The position numbers were made by a program, and so were the translations under genes. DNA of 64,000 nucleotides. It comes from a bacterium (GTDB lineage: Bacteria; Patescibacteriota; Minisyncoccia; UBA6257; GWB1-50-10). This document shows, in pieces, positions 1 to 8,855 of the stretch (position 1 is the stretch's first letter; each line of letters opens with the position of its first letter). The stretch lies in the NCBI GenBank assembly GCA_021812365.1, contig JAKANQ010000001.1:32763-96762 (forward strand). The letters are read 5' to 3'. A model generated the notes under the pieces. The model saw only the letters and a program-made list of their open reading frames with translations. It was not told where the DNA came from and did not search any database.

Positions 1-271
1 CGACTATGAAAATACTAAAGCCCCAGATATATACCTTTTTGCGTCCTATGGTATCACCCAGTTTGCCCCAAATAGGAACAAATACCGCATTTGCAAGGAT
101 ATACGCAGTGGCAATCCATCCCGCGGACGCAACGGTAATACTGAACTCGTTTATTATCTTAGGAAGCGCAAGATTGACTATGGTCTGGTCGAGCCGACCT
201 AAAAATGTGCCCACAATGACAGTGAGCAATATCCACCATCGCAATTTTGAATCCTTTTGGCCATTTTCCAT
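1..271 (-). CDS. DHA2 (EmrB/QacA-like) MFS efflux transporter, N-terminal part; truncated by window edge
   Basis: Hand translation from ATG at 271: MENGQKDSKLRWWILLTVIVGTFLGRLDQTIVNLALPKI...WIATAYILANAVFVPIWGKLGDTIGRKK. Contains the DxTIVNxALP and GKLGDxxGRKK MFS motifs and follows two HlyD genes. Confidence 0.85.
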   Translation of the reverse strand, partial: MENGQKDSKLRWWILLTVIVGTFLGRLDQTIVNLALPKIINEFSITVASAGWIATAYILANAVFVPIWGKLGDTIGRKKVYIWGFSIFIV

Positions 272-274
272 CTA

Positions 275-916
275 TTATTTTGTATATACCGTTATCTTTG
301 CGGACATGCCATCCTTCAACTCCGGATAATCCGCCACATTAAAGCGCACCTTCACATCAAATTTTTTCACGGGTCTTTTATCGGAAATTGAGAACGTAAC
401 TCCCGTATCGTCCGATGTTTGACTCACGCTTTCCACAACCCCGACATATGTTTTATTTCCGAATGTATCGACGGTGAATGTGGCTTGCTGGCCCGGCTTA
501 ATCATTTCCAATCCCTTAGTCTCTTCAAGAGCTCCCACCACTCTCATATCTTCGGGGTGAACCATTGAAACGATTGGATTTCCGGGAGCGAAAAATGTTC
601 CAATGTTGTTTGAAGTACTTACCACGATACCGCTTTGTTTCGAAGCGACGATTTCGGTTCCCACCAATGCGACGGGAGTATTTGCGGCAATCACATCTCC
701 CTCCTTCACATAAAGCGCATTCAATGTTCCGGCAACATTTCCGGAAAGATTGATCATCGGGACATTTATTTCCGAATTTTCAATGAATACCGTTCCCGCG
801 TTCGCCTGCCAAAAAAGGAACCCACCCAACAGCAAAAAGACGGCAACCATACCTGCAATGCTTTGTATTACGGATTTGCTGAATATACCCCCCTTTTTCT
901 CGTTTTTTTCTTCCAT
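275..916 (-). CDS. HlyD/EmrA-family membrane fusion protein (short, no hairpin)
   Basis: N-terminal TM, lipoyl-like VKEGDVI motif, beta-barrel C-terminus ending GMSAKITV; start placed at MEEKN. Confidence 0.75.
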   Translation of the reverse strand: MEEKNEKKGGIFSKSVIQSIAGMVAVFLLLGGFLFWQANAGTVFIENSEINVPMINLSGNVAGTLNALYVKEGDVIAANTPVALVGTEIVASKQSGIVVSTSNNIGTFFAPGNPIVSMVHPEDMRVVGALEETKGLEMIKPGQQATFTVDTFGNKTYVGVVESVSQTSDDTGVTFSISDKRPVKKFDVKVRFNVADYPELKDGMSAKITVYTK

Positions 917-926
917 ATAATTGATT

Positions 927-2048
927 TTATTTGTGTGACACAATTTCAATAGCAGCAATGTTCGGTATCGCTATCTGTCCCGCCGTTATGGACACATTTG
1001 TTATTGTTCCATCAATGGGCGCGACGATGATGGTGTTGTTATATGCACTTTGCGCAATCTGTAATGCTCCTTCCATACTTTGTACTTGGGCTTTCGCTAT
1101 TTCCAGATCTTCTGATCTCGCCGGAGCTTGTTTTAATGCCAGCGCCGCTTTTGCTTGTGCTAGCGAGAATTGAGCATTCTTCACCGCTTGAGCATACAAA
1201 TTGATGGAATCATATGTCGCATCAACCGCCGATTTTTGAGAAGCTGCGGACAACTGGTATGCGTTGAGGGTGGCGCGGCTGCTTTCGCGCGTGACCTGAG
1301 TGTAATTGGTCAAAAGCGAAATGAAATCAACAAAATATGCGCGAACAATCGCGGAATAATTTAAGGAGTCATCAACGACTTTATTCACGGTATTGTCAGA
1401 AATGGATGATACCTCGTCTTGCCAAGCGGCCAAATCGGAATTGATCATCTGTCGCTCGTTGTTCACTTTATTCACGAGATCGGGGTTTGTTTGAACCGTA
1501 TCTGAGATGAAGAATTGAGGACTCAGCGATTGAGGATTGTTGAATGAATTATTCGTACCTATGAGAACCGCTGTTTTTACATTGTTATACGCACTGGTGA
1601 GTTCGTTTTGAAGATTTTGCTTTGCATTGCTCAACGCGGCGGAAGCGGAATCGACAGATGCCTGAGAGACCGCGATATCCGGAGTAAACGCGCCGTTCAT
1701 CAATTTATTGTAATTTGTTTGAGCTACCAAATATGCTGCTTTCGCTTGATTGATCGCTCCAATCGCATTTTCCGCATCAAGACTTGCGAGCACTGTTCCT
1801 GCTTTCACGGTATCACCTATCTTCACTGATACATCTTTAATTCTTCCGCCCGTAGCGAACGCAAGTGTTAGGTCTTGTGAGGCCGACTGTGCGGTCGATG
1901 ATGACAATGCGCCTATCTCCGCGGTTCTCCTTGAGAGAGCGTTTTTGTGGCTTACCACGCTTGCTATGCCGACGGAAAGGGCGATTACACTTGCAATTCC
2001 TATCGCAAGTTTTGGCGTTGAAATTATTTTTTTAAGATGTTGTTTCAT
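927..2048 (-). CDS. HlyD-family efflux periplasmic adaptor (long coiled coil)
   Basis: N-terminal TM, GGRIKDVSVKIGDTVKAG and IVAPIDGTI lipoyl halves flanking a long helical region. Confidence 0.8.
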   Translation of the reverse strand: MKQHLKKIISTPKLAIGIASVIALSVGIASVVSHKNALSRRTAEIGALSSSTAQSASQDLTLAFATGGRIKDVSVKIGDTVKAGTVLASLDAENAIGAINQAKAAYLVAQTNYNKLMNGAFTPDIAVSQASVDSASAALSNAKQNLQNELTSAYNNVKTAVLIGTNNSFNNPQSLSPQFFISDTVQTNPDLVNKVNNERQMINSDLAAWQDEVSSISDNTVNKVVDDSLNYSAIVRAYFVDFISLLTNYTQVTRESSRATLNAYQLSAASQKSAVDATYDSINLYAQAVKNAQFSLAQAKAALALKQAPARSEDLEIAKAQVQSMEGALQIAQSAYNNTIIVAPIDGTITNVSITAGQIAIPNIAAIEIVSHK

Positions 2049-2225
2049 GTTTATTCTATTGATTGATATATTGAAAATGCTGGCCATCTAGAGCTAGAAC
2101 CGACCAGGTTCAAGCCCTGTAAAGCGGATTTGAACTAATTTTAACCTATTTCACGACGCATCTCGAGCGCTCCATATTTTCTAGAAAGTGACAAAAGTGA
2201 CACAAGAATGGGACTTTAGTGCGTC

Positions 2226-2621
2226 CTAGTATCTTCGTAATCCAGTTTTATCCAATATTACCCGAACAGTTAAATAGCAAGCGGGATAAAGGATTACGGT
2301 ACCTGTGATGGTAAGCCAATTACTGGCGAAAACATCCGATCCCCAAATTAAACCAATAACAAAAAGGATTCCAAAATAAAGATAGTTGTATAGCACGCTA
2401 CCCAACATTCCCCAACGACCCAATACGGCTCTAACCGCTGCGATAATAAGTATCACCGCGAGTACCACGATAATTGATAACCAATGTGCCGACAGAAACG
2501 ACAACAAGGCATTCCACAACATGCGATATGCCTGCTTCGTTCCCTCATCAATAGCATTAAAAAACGCATCAAGCGTTTTCTTTGTAAACTCGGTTCCTGT
2601 CGCTGTGCTAGTAGAGTTCAT
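2226..2621 (-). CDS. Hypothetical membrane protein (~3 TM), last gene of the repressor/TIR operon
   Basis: Three hydrophobic segments; ATG (MNSTST) 8 nt after the TIR stop. Confidence 0.7.
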   Translation of the reverse strand: MNSTSTATGTEFTKKTLDAFFNAIDEGTKQAYRMLWNALLSFLSAHWLSIIVVLAVILIIAAVRAVLGRWGMLGSVLYNYLYFGILFVIGLIWGSDVFASNWLTITGTVILYPACYLTVRVILDKTGLRRY

Positions 2622-2629
2622 TTTTGAGA

Positions 2630-3181
2630 TTAAAACACATGACCCCAACTTAAATAAGTATCCTTGGAATAATAAGATAAGCCGCTTTTGGGAAGTTTAT
2701 TGAAATCAAATTGTGAAACTGCATCTGCTATTGGCTCTTTTTTGAAAGGTACATGAATAACCATAGCGGTTTTATTATTAATACGTTCAGTGAGAGCCTT
2801 TGGCCAAAGAGAAGATAAGGCGACAGGATCCATAATTCTTTCATAACCCGTGTATGCCGCAATGATTGGCATTTTACAGTTATCTACAGCGTGAGCTATT
2901 TCAAATGGAATCCAGTCTGTGTCTAGACGAGTCGTCGGACCGATAATCAATAGAAGATGTTTTGAATTATTCATCCTTTCTCTGAGCGCACGCCTCAAAG
3001 TTTCTTTGGTGCTTGAATCTCTAACATCACGTTTTTCGTGACTGTTTATAAATTTAAAATCTCCATCTTCATCTCTCACTTTCCACATTCGGAGCGTATT
3101 GTAATACTTCATGTCCGAATCTGTTGGATCTGAAGTATTGTTAGCATGAAATGCTACATATGTGCCGTTTCTATAGTTCAT
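2630..3181 (-). CDS. TIR-domain protein (ThsB-like)
   Basis: YRNGTYVAF beta-A strand, LRERMNNSKHLLLIIG, WIPFEI with the conserved catalytic Glu. Confidence 0.85.
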   Translation of the reverse strand: MNYRNGTYVAFHANNTSDPTDSDMKYYNTLRMWKVRDEDGDFKFINSHEKRDVRDSSTKETLRRALRERMNNSKHLLLIIGPTTRLDTDWIPFEIAHAVDNCKMPIIAAYTGYERIMDPVALSSLWPKALTERINNKTAMVIHVPFKKEPIADAVSQFDFNKLPKSGLSYYSKDTYLSWGHVF

Positions 3182-3183
3182 AG

Positions 3184-3786
3184 TTATTTCTCCTTTTGTT
3201 TTTTGTGGATCATTATCAGATATAAAATAATTGAGATCGAGAGAAGAATAAAAATAATTACATTAAGAAACGAACTGAGCGACAATCCGCTAATACAAGC
3301 GGCTTTAATTTCCCCGTATATTTTCGTAGCACTTATAGCAAGCAAGAGTAATGGGAAAATTATCGTATAAAGTGTCCACATCCAATCAGAAAAGATTGGG
3401 TATCGATCAAGATATGATTTTCCCTCTCGCGTAATGATGTCCTCGCCAGACTCCTTGTTTAGAGACTCCTCGATTTTATGGACGTAGGAATATTGTCTTT
3501 CAACAAAAACGGCTACTTGAAAATAGCGGATTGTGAAGATAAGCAAAAGAAACCATGCAATATTCCCTATAATAGCTAGATCTAATTTAAGATTTAAGCC
3601 AAATTTAAAATTTAAAAAATCATTAACTACAACATCGGATGTAATTGGAGAAATTATTTGAAAGGCCAAAAAACCAAGAGCGAGGACGACAAAAATCATT
3701 AAGCGATCACGCCTTTTCACACTCTCATTAATAATTGCACAAGTGTCTTTATAGTGATCGTAAATTATTGATATTTTTTCAGACAT
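3184..3786 (-). CDS. Uncharacterised 4-TM membrane protein, candidate defence effector
   Basis: Four hydrophobic helices in two pairs; translationally coupled between the two TIR genes. Confidence 0.7.
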   Translation of the reverse strand: MSEKISIIYDHYKDTCAIINESVKRRDRLMIFVVLALGFLAFQIISPITSDVVVNDFLNFKFGLNLKLDLAIIGNIAWFLLLIFTIRYFQVAVFVERQYSYVHKIEESLNKESGEDIITREGKSYLDRYPIFSDWMWTLYTIIFPLLLLAISATKIYGEIKAACISGLSLSSFLNVIIFILLSISIILYLIMIHKKQKEK

Positions 3787-4234
3787 ACCTACGAATAAAC
3801 TGGTTGGGATAAGGGGCTTCGTCGAGAGCCTTTAGTATGTTTGCTTCTGTAAACGAATATACCCAAGCGGCCCTTGATCCTAAAAGTTCTTCAGGAGATT
3901 CAAACGTTCTATCTAATTTAACTGCTGCGATTCGCTTACCAAGATCAATACTTTGCCGCACTTCGAAGTTTATCCAATTTTTATATCCAATGAGGCCACG
4001 ATTTCTGTGTGGGGAGTTTGCATGTTCACCAACAATCACGAGTGTATGAGTAGCATCTTTTATCTTGGATGTAAGCGCCGCCTTTATTCTTCCGACATTT
4101 GAGCTATTAATTTCTTCTGGAGTAGCATCGTCAAATACAAATTTGAACTTTGGATTTTCATTCCAAGCTTCGAGTAGGTATTTATAATGCTTGTCGTTGT
4201 CGTAATCAAAACTGACAAATACTGAAGGTTTCAT
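3779..4234 (-). CDS. TIR-domain protein (ThsB/MTH538 DUF1863-like)
   Basis: VFVSFDYDND, IKAALTSKIKDATHTLVIVG, NWINFEV (catalytic Glu). Confidence 0.88.
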   Translation of the reverse strand: MKPSVFVSFDYDNDKHYKYLLEAWNENPKFKFVFDDATPEEINSSNVGRIKAALTSKIKDATHTLVIVGEHANSPHRNRGLIGYKNWINFEVRQSIDLGKRIAAVKLDRTFESPEELLGSRAAWVYSFTEANILKALDEAPYPNQFIRRYV

Positions 4235-4245
4235 TTTGTGTTTGT

Positions 4246-4485
4246 TTAATTTTTCCTATCTTTCGGCGGATTCGGATCCTTGCCGTAGCTATCTTTATCA
4301 CTGATTTTGCCATCCTTGTTGTGAATGACATGCTCAACTCCTGCTTTTTTAGCTTCGCGAATAGATTTTTCTTCGGCAGTTTCTTTAGTGTGAGAAGAAG
4401 AAACAGGTTTTTGCTGACCCTCTTTCTTGGTTTCCCACATACCACGGTCGGAGTTATAAACCGTATGAATGTTCTTTTTTGACAT
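4246..4485 (-). CDS. DUF2188-family protein
   Basis: HTV...WETKKEG...TKETA...VIHNKDGKISDKDSYGKDP pattern typical of DUF2188. Confidence 0.85.
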   Translation of the reverse strand: MSKKNIHTVYNSDRGMWETKKEGQQKPVSSSHTKETAEEKSIREAKKAGVEHVIHNKDGKISDKDSYGKDPNPPKDRKN

Positions 4486-4487
4486 GG

Positions 4488-5147
4488 TTAACTTGATTTT
4501 GGTTTTTTAATTACGTCTACGACCTTTCCGCTGATCTGAAAATCATCTCCTCTGTGAACGAATATAGGCATGAATGTTTCGGTGGATTCAGACTCAAGCA
4601 CAATCTGATCGTGTTCTTTATCTTCCTTGTAGCGTTTAATGGTGCCCATGCCGTCGATAACCGCCACCACGATATCTCCATTTTTAGGATTCTTGTAGGT
4701 GCTATCAACCACGACAAAATCACCATCCTCAATGGTTGGACCATCGGGACGTACCTTCGCCAAATTCATAGACAGACCATCTGCAACGAGAACAAAGAGG
4801 TCCTGCTTCTTACGGGGTAGCATTTTAGCGGAAACCTTGAGGTATCCCTCTGTTCGACTTTCCGCGAATATGGTTGCTGGCCCGCAATTTGCAGCTCCCA
4901 CGATAGGAAGGGAGTAGAACAGGCTCTTAGCGGCTGATTTAAGGTTAAAGCCCCTGCTTACGGGCTTTATAACGCCCTTATCGAGGTTAACCTGCAATAA
5001 CCCAGCTTTTCCCAGCTGGATCAGGTGGTGTTTCACGATCTGGGGCTTGTTTTCCACCCCGATGAGTTTAGCGATTTGGCGATAGCTCAAAGACTCCAAA
5101 TTTTGATGTTTTGAGAGGTTTAATATTGCGGCCTGGATTTTATGCAT
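4488..5147 (-). CDS. LexA/CI-like repressor with S24 peptidase domain
   Basis: N-terminal wHTH (SYRQIAKLIG...HHLIQL), Cys-Gly cleavage site (ANCG), catalytic Ser (GLSM) and Lys (TIKR). Confidence 0.88.
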   Translation of the reverse strand: MHKIQAAILNLSKHQNLESLSYRQIAKLIGVENKPQIVKHHLIQLGKAGLLQVNLDKGVIKPVSRGFNLKSAAKSLFYSLPIVGAANCGPATIFAESRTEGYLKVSAKMLPRKKQDLFVLVADGLSMNLAKVRPDGPTIEDGDFVVVDSTYKNPKNGDIVVAVIDGMGTIKRYKEDKEHDQIVLESESTETFMPIFVHRGDDFQISGKVVDVIKKPKSS

Positions 5148-5153
5148 GCCTTA

Positions 5154-5182
5154 ATATTAGCATACTTTTTGGCTGTTTGCAA
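5154..5182 (-). promoter_or_regulatory. Sigma70-type promoter of the repressor/TIR operon (leaderless)
   Basis: TTGCAA-N17-TAATAT with extended TG, 6 nt before the ATG at 5147. Confidence 0.6.
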
Positions 5183-5209
5183 GCTCGTCCGTAAATAAGT
5201 TTTACACGG

Positions 5210-5237
5210 TTGACACTATCTCGGGTGGTTATATAAT
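5210..5237 (+). promoter_or_regulatory. Consensus sigma70 promoter of the rightward operon
   Basis: TTGACA (5210-5215)-N16-TATAAT (5232-5237), 6 nt before ATG 5244. Confidence 0.75.
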
Positions 5238-5243
5238 GGAACT

Positions 5244-5528
5244 ATGTCCATGCAAAAGGTCGGTGAAAATCGGTTTCTGTATCGTTGCCCTAAATGTGAT
5301 ATGCCTATGCTGGAAAAGGTGGGGTCTAAACTTCTCCTTTTGCAACACTACAAGGGGCAGCGTGTTAAAACCGAGATAGAACGGGATTTGATAGCTCCCA
5401 CCAACAAGCTCACTATTCGGTGCGGCTCATGTAAAGAAGGAGCACAAACGTTTCTTCACTTCACAGAAATAATCAGAATGGGAGAATCCACTTCGGCGAA
5501 AGTAGTTGAGGTAGGTAGCGTGGTATAA
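5244..5528 (+). CDS. Small zinc-ribbon protein (Com-like arrangement)
   Basis: Two CxxC pairs (RCPKC, RCGSC); divergent from the repressor. Confidence 0.65.
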   Translation: MSMQKVGENRFLYRCPKCDMPMLEKVGSKLLLLQHYKGQRVKTEIERDLIAPTNKLTIRCGSCKEGAQTFLHFTEIIRMGESTSAKVVEVGSVV

Positions 5529-5561
5529 TAGGAGCGTAGGTTAACAATTTAACAGAGCATC

Positions 5562-5627
5562 GTCTGGAACGCCCAGACATTCATCTATACCAAATGGTAT
5601 GGGTGCGTGTCTGGGCGTTTTTTGTTT
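5562..5627 (+). terminator. Intrinsic terminator / possible attenuator upstream of the MTase-terminase genes
   Basis: AACGCCCAGACA (5568-5579) pairs with TGTCTGGGCGTT (5608-5619), followed by a T-tract; alternative hairpin GTCTGG/CCAGAC. Confidence 0.6.
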
Positions 5628-5683
5628 ATCGAGTAAAGGTCGACGGTAAACATTCAAACGCCTCAACAAAAATAAACAAAAAC

Positions 5684-6976
5684 ATGAAACATCTAACTTG
5701 GCACAATGAAATAAGGAAAGTTAAGGACCTCATTCCCTGTGGTTCCAACCCACGCGTTATATCAGATAAAGAGCTTCGGGATCTTAAAAAAAGTATTAAG
5801 CGTTCAGGATATGCGGAGATTATCGCAATTGATGTTGATGGGGAAATTGTTGCAGGTAATCAGAGGCATCGCGCTCTTATGGAAATGGGTATGGGTGACA
5901 CAGAGGTAGATGTCCGGGCTCCGAGCCGTAAGCTCACAAAAGAAGAGTTCGATCGCTACCTTATAGCAAGCAACGCGCTTGGTGGCACTTGGGATTTTGA
6001 GAAGCTTAAATCGTTCAATCTCGATGAATTGATCGACATTGGATTCGATAAAAAAGAACTGGAGAATATTTGGACCGAAAATCTTGAGGTTGAAGATGAT
6101 GATTTTAACGAAACCGCTGAACTTAAAAAGATAAAGATTGCCAAAACCAAGCGCGGTGATTTAATCGCGCTTGGTCCTCATAAGCTTCTTTGCGGGGATT
6201 CTACCAAGCCTGAAACGCTCAAGCGGTTATTCGGGAAAGAACGCGCTTCTGTAATTTATAGCGACCCCGTTTATAATCTCCGTGGTGGTGTTGATTACAA
6301 CAAGGGCATCGGCGGCCGCGCAAATTATGGTGGCCATGTAAACGACACCCGCACCGACGATGAATACCGGGATTTTATTCGGAAAAGTCTTGAGTGCGCC
6401 CTTTCCGTGACTAAAGAAGATGCCCATGTCTTCTATTGGAACGACGAATCGAATATTTGGTTAATCCAAACCCTTTACCGTGAGCTAGGAATAGCGAACA
6501 AGCGCGTTTGTTTGTGGCTCAAGAACGGACAGAACCCGACTCCTGGCGTTGCATTCAATAAGTGCTATGAGCCATGCATTTACGGGGTTCGCGGAAAGCC
6601 ATATATCTCAAAGAACTTGCAGAACCTGAACGAGGTGATGAATAAGGAAATCACGACTGGCAACAGTCTCCTTGAAGAAACGCTTGATCACTTGGATGTG
6701 TGGATGGTAAGGCGTCTTTCTGGCAAAAGTTATGAACACGCCACGAGTAAACCAACCAAGCTTCACGAAAAAGCAATTCGGAGATGTACCTGTCCGGGTG
6801 AAATTATCTTGGATAGCTTTCTAGGCTCTGGCAGCACGTTAATCGCGGCCGAACAATTGAAGCGTCGCGTCTATGCCATCGAACTTGAGCCTATCTTCTG
6901 TGATCTTGCAATTAAACGGTATGAACGGCTCAGCGGGAAAAAGGCAAAAGTAATCCACCACTATGAAGAAGAATAA
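5684..6976 (+). CDS. ParB-like N-terminal domain fused to an N6-adenine/N4-cytosine (beta class) DNA methyltransferase
   Basis: NPR...IVAGNQRHRAL ParB motifs; DPVY (DPPY-like) followed by HATSKP and DSFLGSGST. Confidence 0.88.
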   Translation: MKHLTWHNEIRKVKDLIPCGSNPRVISDKELRDLKKSIKRSGYAEIIAIDVDGEIVAGNQRHRALMEMGMGDTEVDVRAPSRKLTKEEFDRYLIASNALGGTWDFEKLKSFNLDELIDIGFDKKELENIWTENLEVEDDDFNETAELKKIKIAKTKRGDLIALGPHKLLCGDSTKPETLKRLFGKERASVIYSDPVYNLRGGVDYNKGIGGRANYGGHVNDTRTDDEYRDFIRKSLECALSVTKEDAHVFYWNDESNIWLIQTLYRELGIANKRVCLWLKNGQNPTPGVAFNKCYEPCIYGVRGKPYISKNLQNLNEVMNKEITTGNSLLEETLDHLDVWMVRRLSGKSYEHATSKPTKLHEKAIRRCTCPGEIILDSFLGSGSTLIAAEQLKRRVYAIELEPIFCDLAIKRYERLSGKKAKVIHHYEEE

Positions 6977-7364
6977 AAAGCAAAGTGAATTTTTGGAGCA
7001 ACTCAAGAAGATTCCTATTGTTTCCGTAGCTGCGGAGAAAACCGGCCTCTCGCGCAACAGTATCTATCGTTGGAAGCGGGATGATAAGGAATTTGAGAAG
7101 ACCATGGAAGATGCTCTCGCAGAGGGCGAAGCCCTTATTAACGATATGAGTGAGAGCCAACTACTCTCGTTCATCAAGGATAAGAGTTGGCAAGCGGTGT
7201 CATTTTGGTTGCGTCACAGAAACCCGAAGTTCCGCGAGCGCGTGGAAGTAACGGCGAAAATTGAAAATATTGAGTCGCTCACGCCAGAACAAGAAGATAT
7301 TGTTCGGAAAGCATTAGAGCTTGAATCGCAGGAAAAAGAATTACCAAAAGAGATACAAGTATGA
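6963..7364 (+). CDS. Putative terminase small subunit (HTH)
   Basis: HTH (VSVAAEKTGLSRNSIYRW), AVSFWL motif; overlaps the large terminase start. Confidence 0.7.
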   Translation: MKKNKKQSEFLEQLKKIPIVSVAAEKTGLSRNSIYRWKRDDKEFEKTMEDALAEGEALINDMSESQLLSFIKDKSWQAVSFWLRHRNPKFRERVEVTAKIENIESLTPEQEDIVRKALELESQEKELPKEIQV

Positions 7365-8800
7365 ACCAAGACAAAATCCCACAAGATGTTGTGGATGCCA
7401 TGGTGAAGGATAGGAAGATACGGATCACAATAATCAAAAAAAGCTTTTGGTACTTTTTCCACTTCTACCTTCCTCACTACATAAGATACAAAACCGCGCC
7501 GTTCCACCGCGAAATGTTTTCGATTGCGGAGAATGAATCTGTGAAAACGGTAGTTATCGAGGCGTTCAGGAATTCCGCAAAAACAACCATCATGACGCTC
7601 GCATATCCAATTTGGGCTATCATTGGCTGTCAGCAAAAGAAGTTCATCGTCATTCTCGCGCAGACTCAGCAACAGGCACGCCAAATCCTCTCAAACATAA
7701 AACGTGAGATGGAATCTAATATGTTATTGCGCGCAGACTTGGGGCCATTCGAAGAGCCAGACGATGAATGGCGTGCGGTATCTTTGGTGATTCCACGATA
7801 CGGAGCGCGTATTACGGTCGCCTCCATAGACCAATCCGTGCGTGGATTGCGGCACGGCCCCTATCGGCCCGATCTCATTATTTGCGACGACTTAGAAGAC
7901 TTGGATTCCGTGAGGAGCCGCGATATGCGCGACAAGCTCTACGAATGGCTTGTGGGCGATATTATCCCCTTAGGAGATGTGAATACCAGGTTGATTGTCG
8001 TAGGTACGCGGCTCCACGAAGATTCACTCATTATGCGTCTTCGTAAGCTGATTAGTGAGAAAAGAGTAAATGGAATTGCGCGTACCTATCCGCTCATAGA
8101 CGGGCAAGGAAATATTGCGTGGCCTGGGAAATATCCCAATGAGGAAACGATTGAAAAAGAAAAGCAACGTGTGGGCGATGAACGCGCATGGCGCAGAGAG
8201 TATTGTTTGGAAATCGTGGGCGACACCGATCAGGTAATAGACCAAACATGGATTCATTACTACGACAATCTTCCGATTAAGAAGGGTGCATACATCACGC
8301 TTACCGCAATCGACCTCGCTATTTCCGAGTCAAATCGCGCTGACTATACCGCCATGGTTACTGCAAATATATACATCATAGATGGCCAGATTTACGTCTA
8401 TATTCTTGAGCCAATCGTGAACGAACGGCTCACATATCCGGATATACTGGAGCGCGCACAAATCGTCTATTCCGCTTTCCACAAAAGCGGAGGGGTCATT
8501 ATCGTTGAGGATGTAGGTTTCCAAAAGTCTCTCGTGCAAGATCTTGAAGCTATGGGATACAACGCAGTCTCGTTTAAACCGGGCGGTGCAGATAAGCGTA
8601 TGCGTCTATCCCTTACGGCGGGAATGGTAAAATCTGGCCATGTGTTATTTCCGCGAAAGGGTGCGGAACTTCTCATTGATCAGATTGTTCATTTAGGGCA
8701 AGAGAAGCACGACGATTTGGCGGACGCCTTTTCCATGTTGGTAATAAAATCGGAAACATACCGACCATATACAGCGAGTGATTTTGTCGTTCTCGTTTAA
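7361..8800 (+). CDS. Terminase large subunit-like ATPase/nuclease
   Basis: Walker A FRNSAKTT, Walker B LIICDDLED, GTRLHEDSL coupling motif, RNase H-fold acidic residues (AIDLA, HDDLADA). Confidence 0.88.
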   Translation: MNQDKIPQDVVDAMVKDRKIRITIIKKSFWYFFHFYLPHYIRYKTAPFHREMFSIAENESVKTVVIEAFRNSAKTTIMTLAYPIWAIIGCQQKKFIVILAQTQQQARQILSNIKREMESNMLLRADLGPFEEPDDEWRAVSLVIPRYGARITVASIDQSVRGLRHGPYRPDLIICDDLEDLDSVRSRDMRDKLYEWLVGDIIPLGDVNTRLIVVGTRLHEDSLIMRLRKLISEKRVNGIARTYPLIDGQGNIAWPGKYPNEETIEKEKQRVGDERAWRREYCLEIVGDTDQVIDQTWIHYYDNLPIKKGAYITLTAIDLAISESNRADYTAMVTANIYIIDGQIYVYILEPIVNERLTYPDILERAQIVYSAFHKSGGVIIVEDVGFQKSLVQDLEAMGYNAVSFKPGGADKRMRLSLTAGMVKSGHVLFPRKGAELLIDQIVHLGQEKHDDLADAFSMLVIKSETYRPYTASDFVVLV

Positions 8801-8811
8801 CTGCTGGCATT

Positions 8812-8850
8812 AAAACAAAACCACCGATATGTTCGGTGGCTTTGTTTTGG
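8812..8850. terminator. Bidirectional intrinsic terminator
   Basis: AAAACAAAA-CCACCGA/TCGGTGG-CTTTGTTTT between convergent genes. Confidence 0.7.
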
Positions 8851-8855
8851 TGTTT

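Noticed and set aside
5244-8800. Complete prophage
   Set aside because: No portal, capsid, tail, lysis or replication genes are recognisable in the window.
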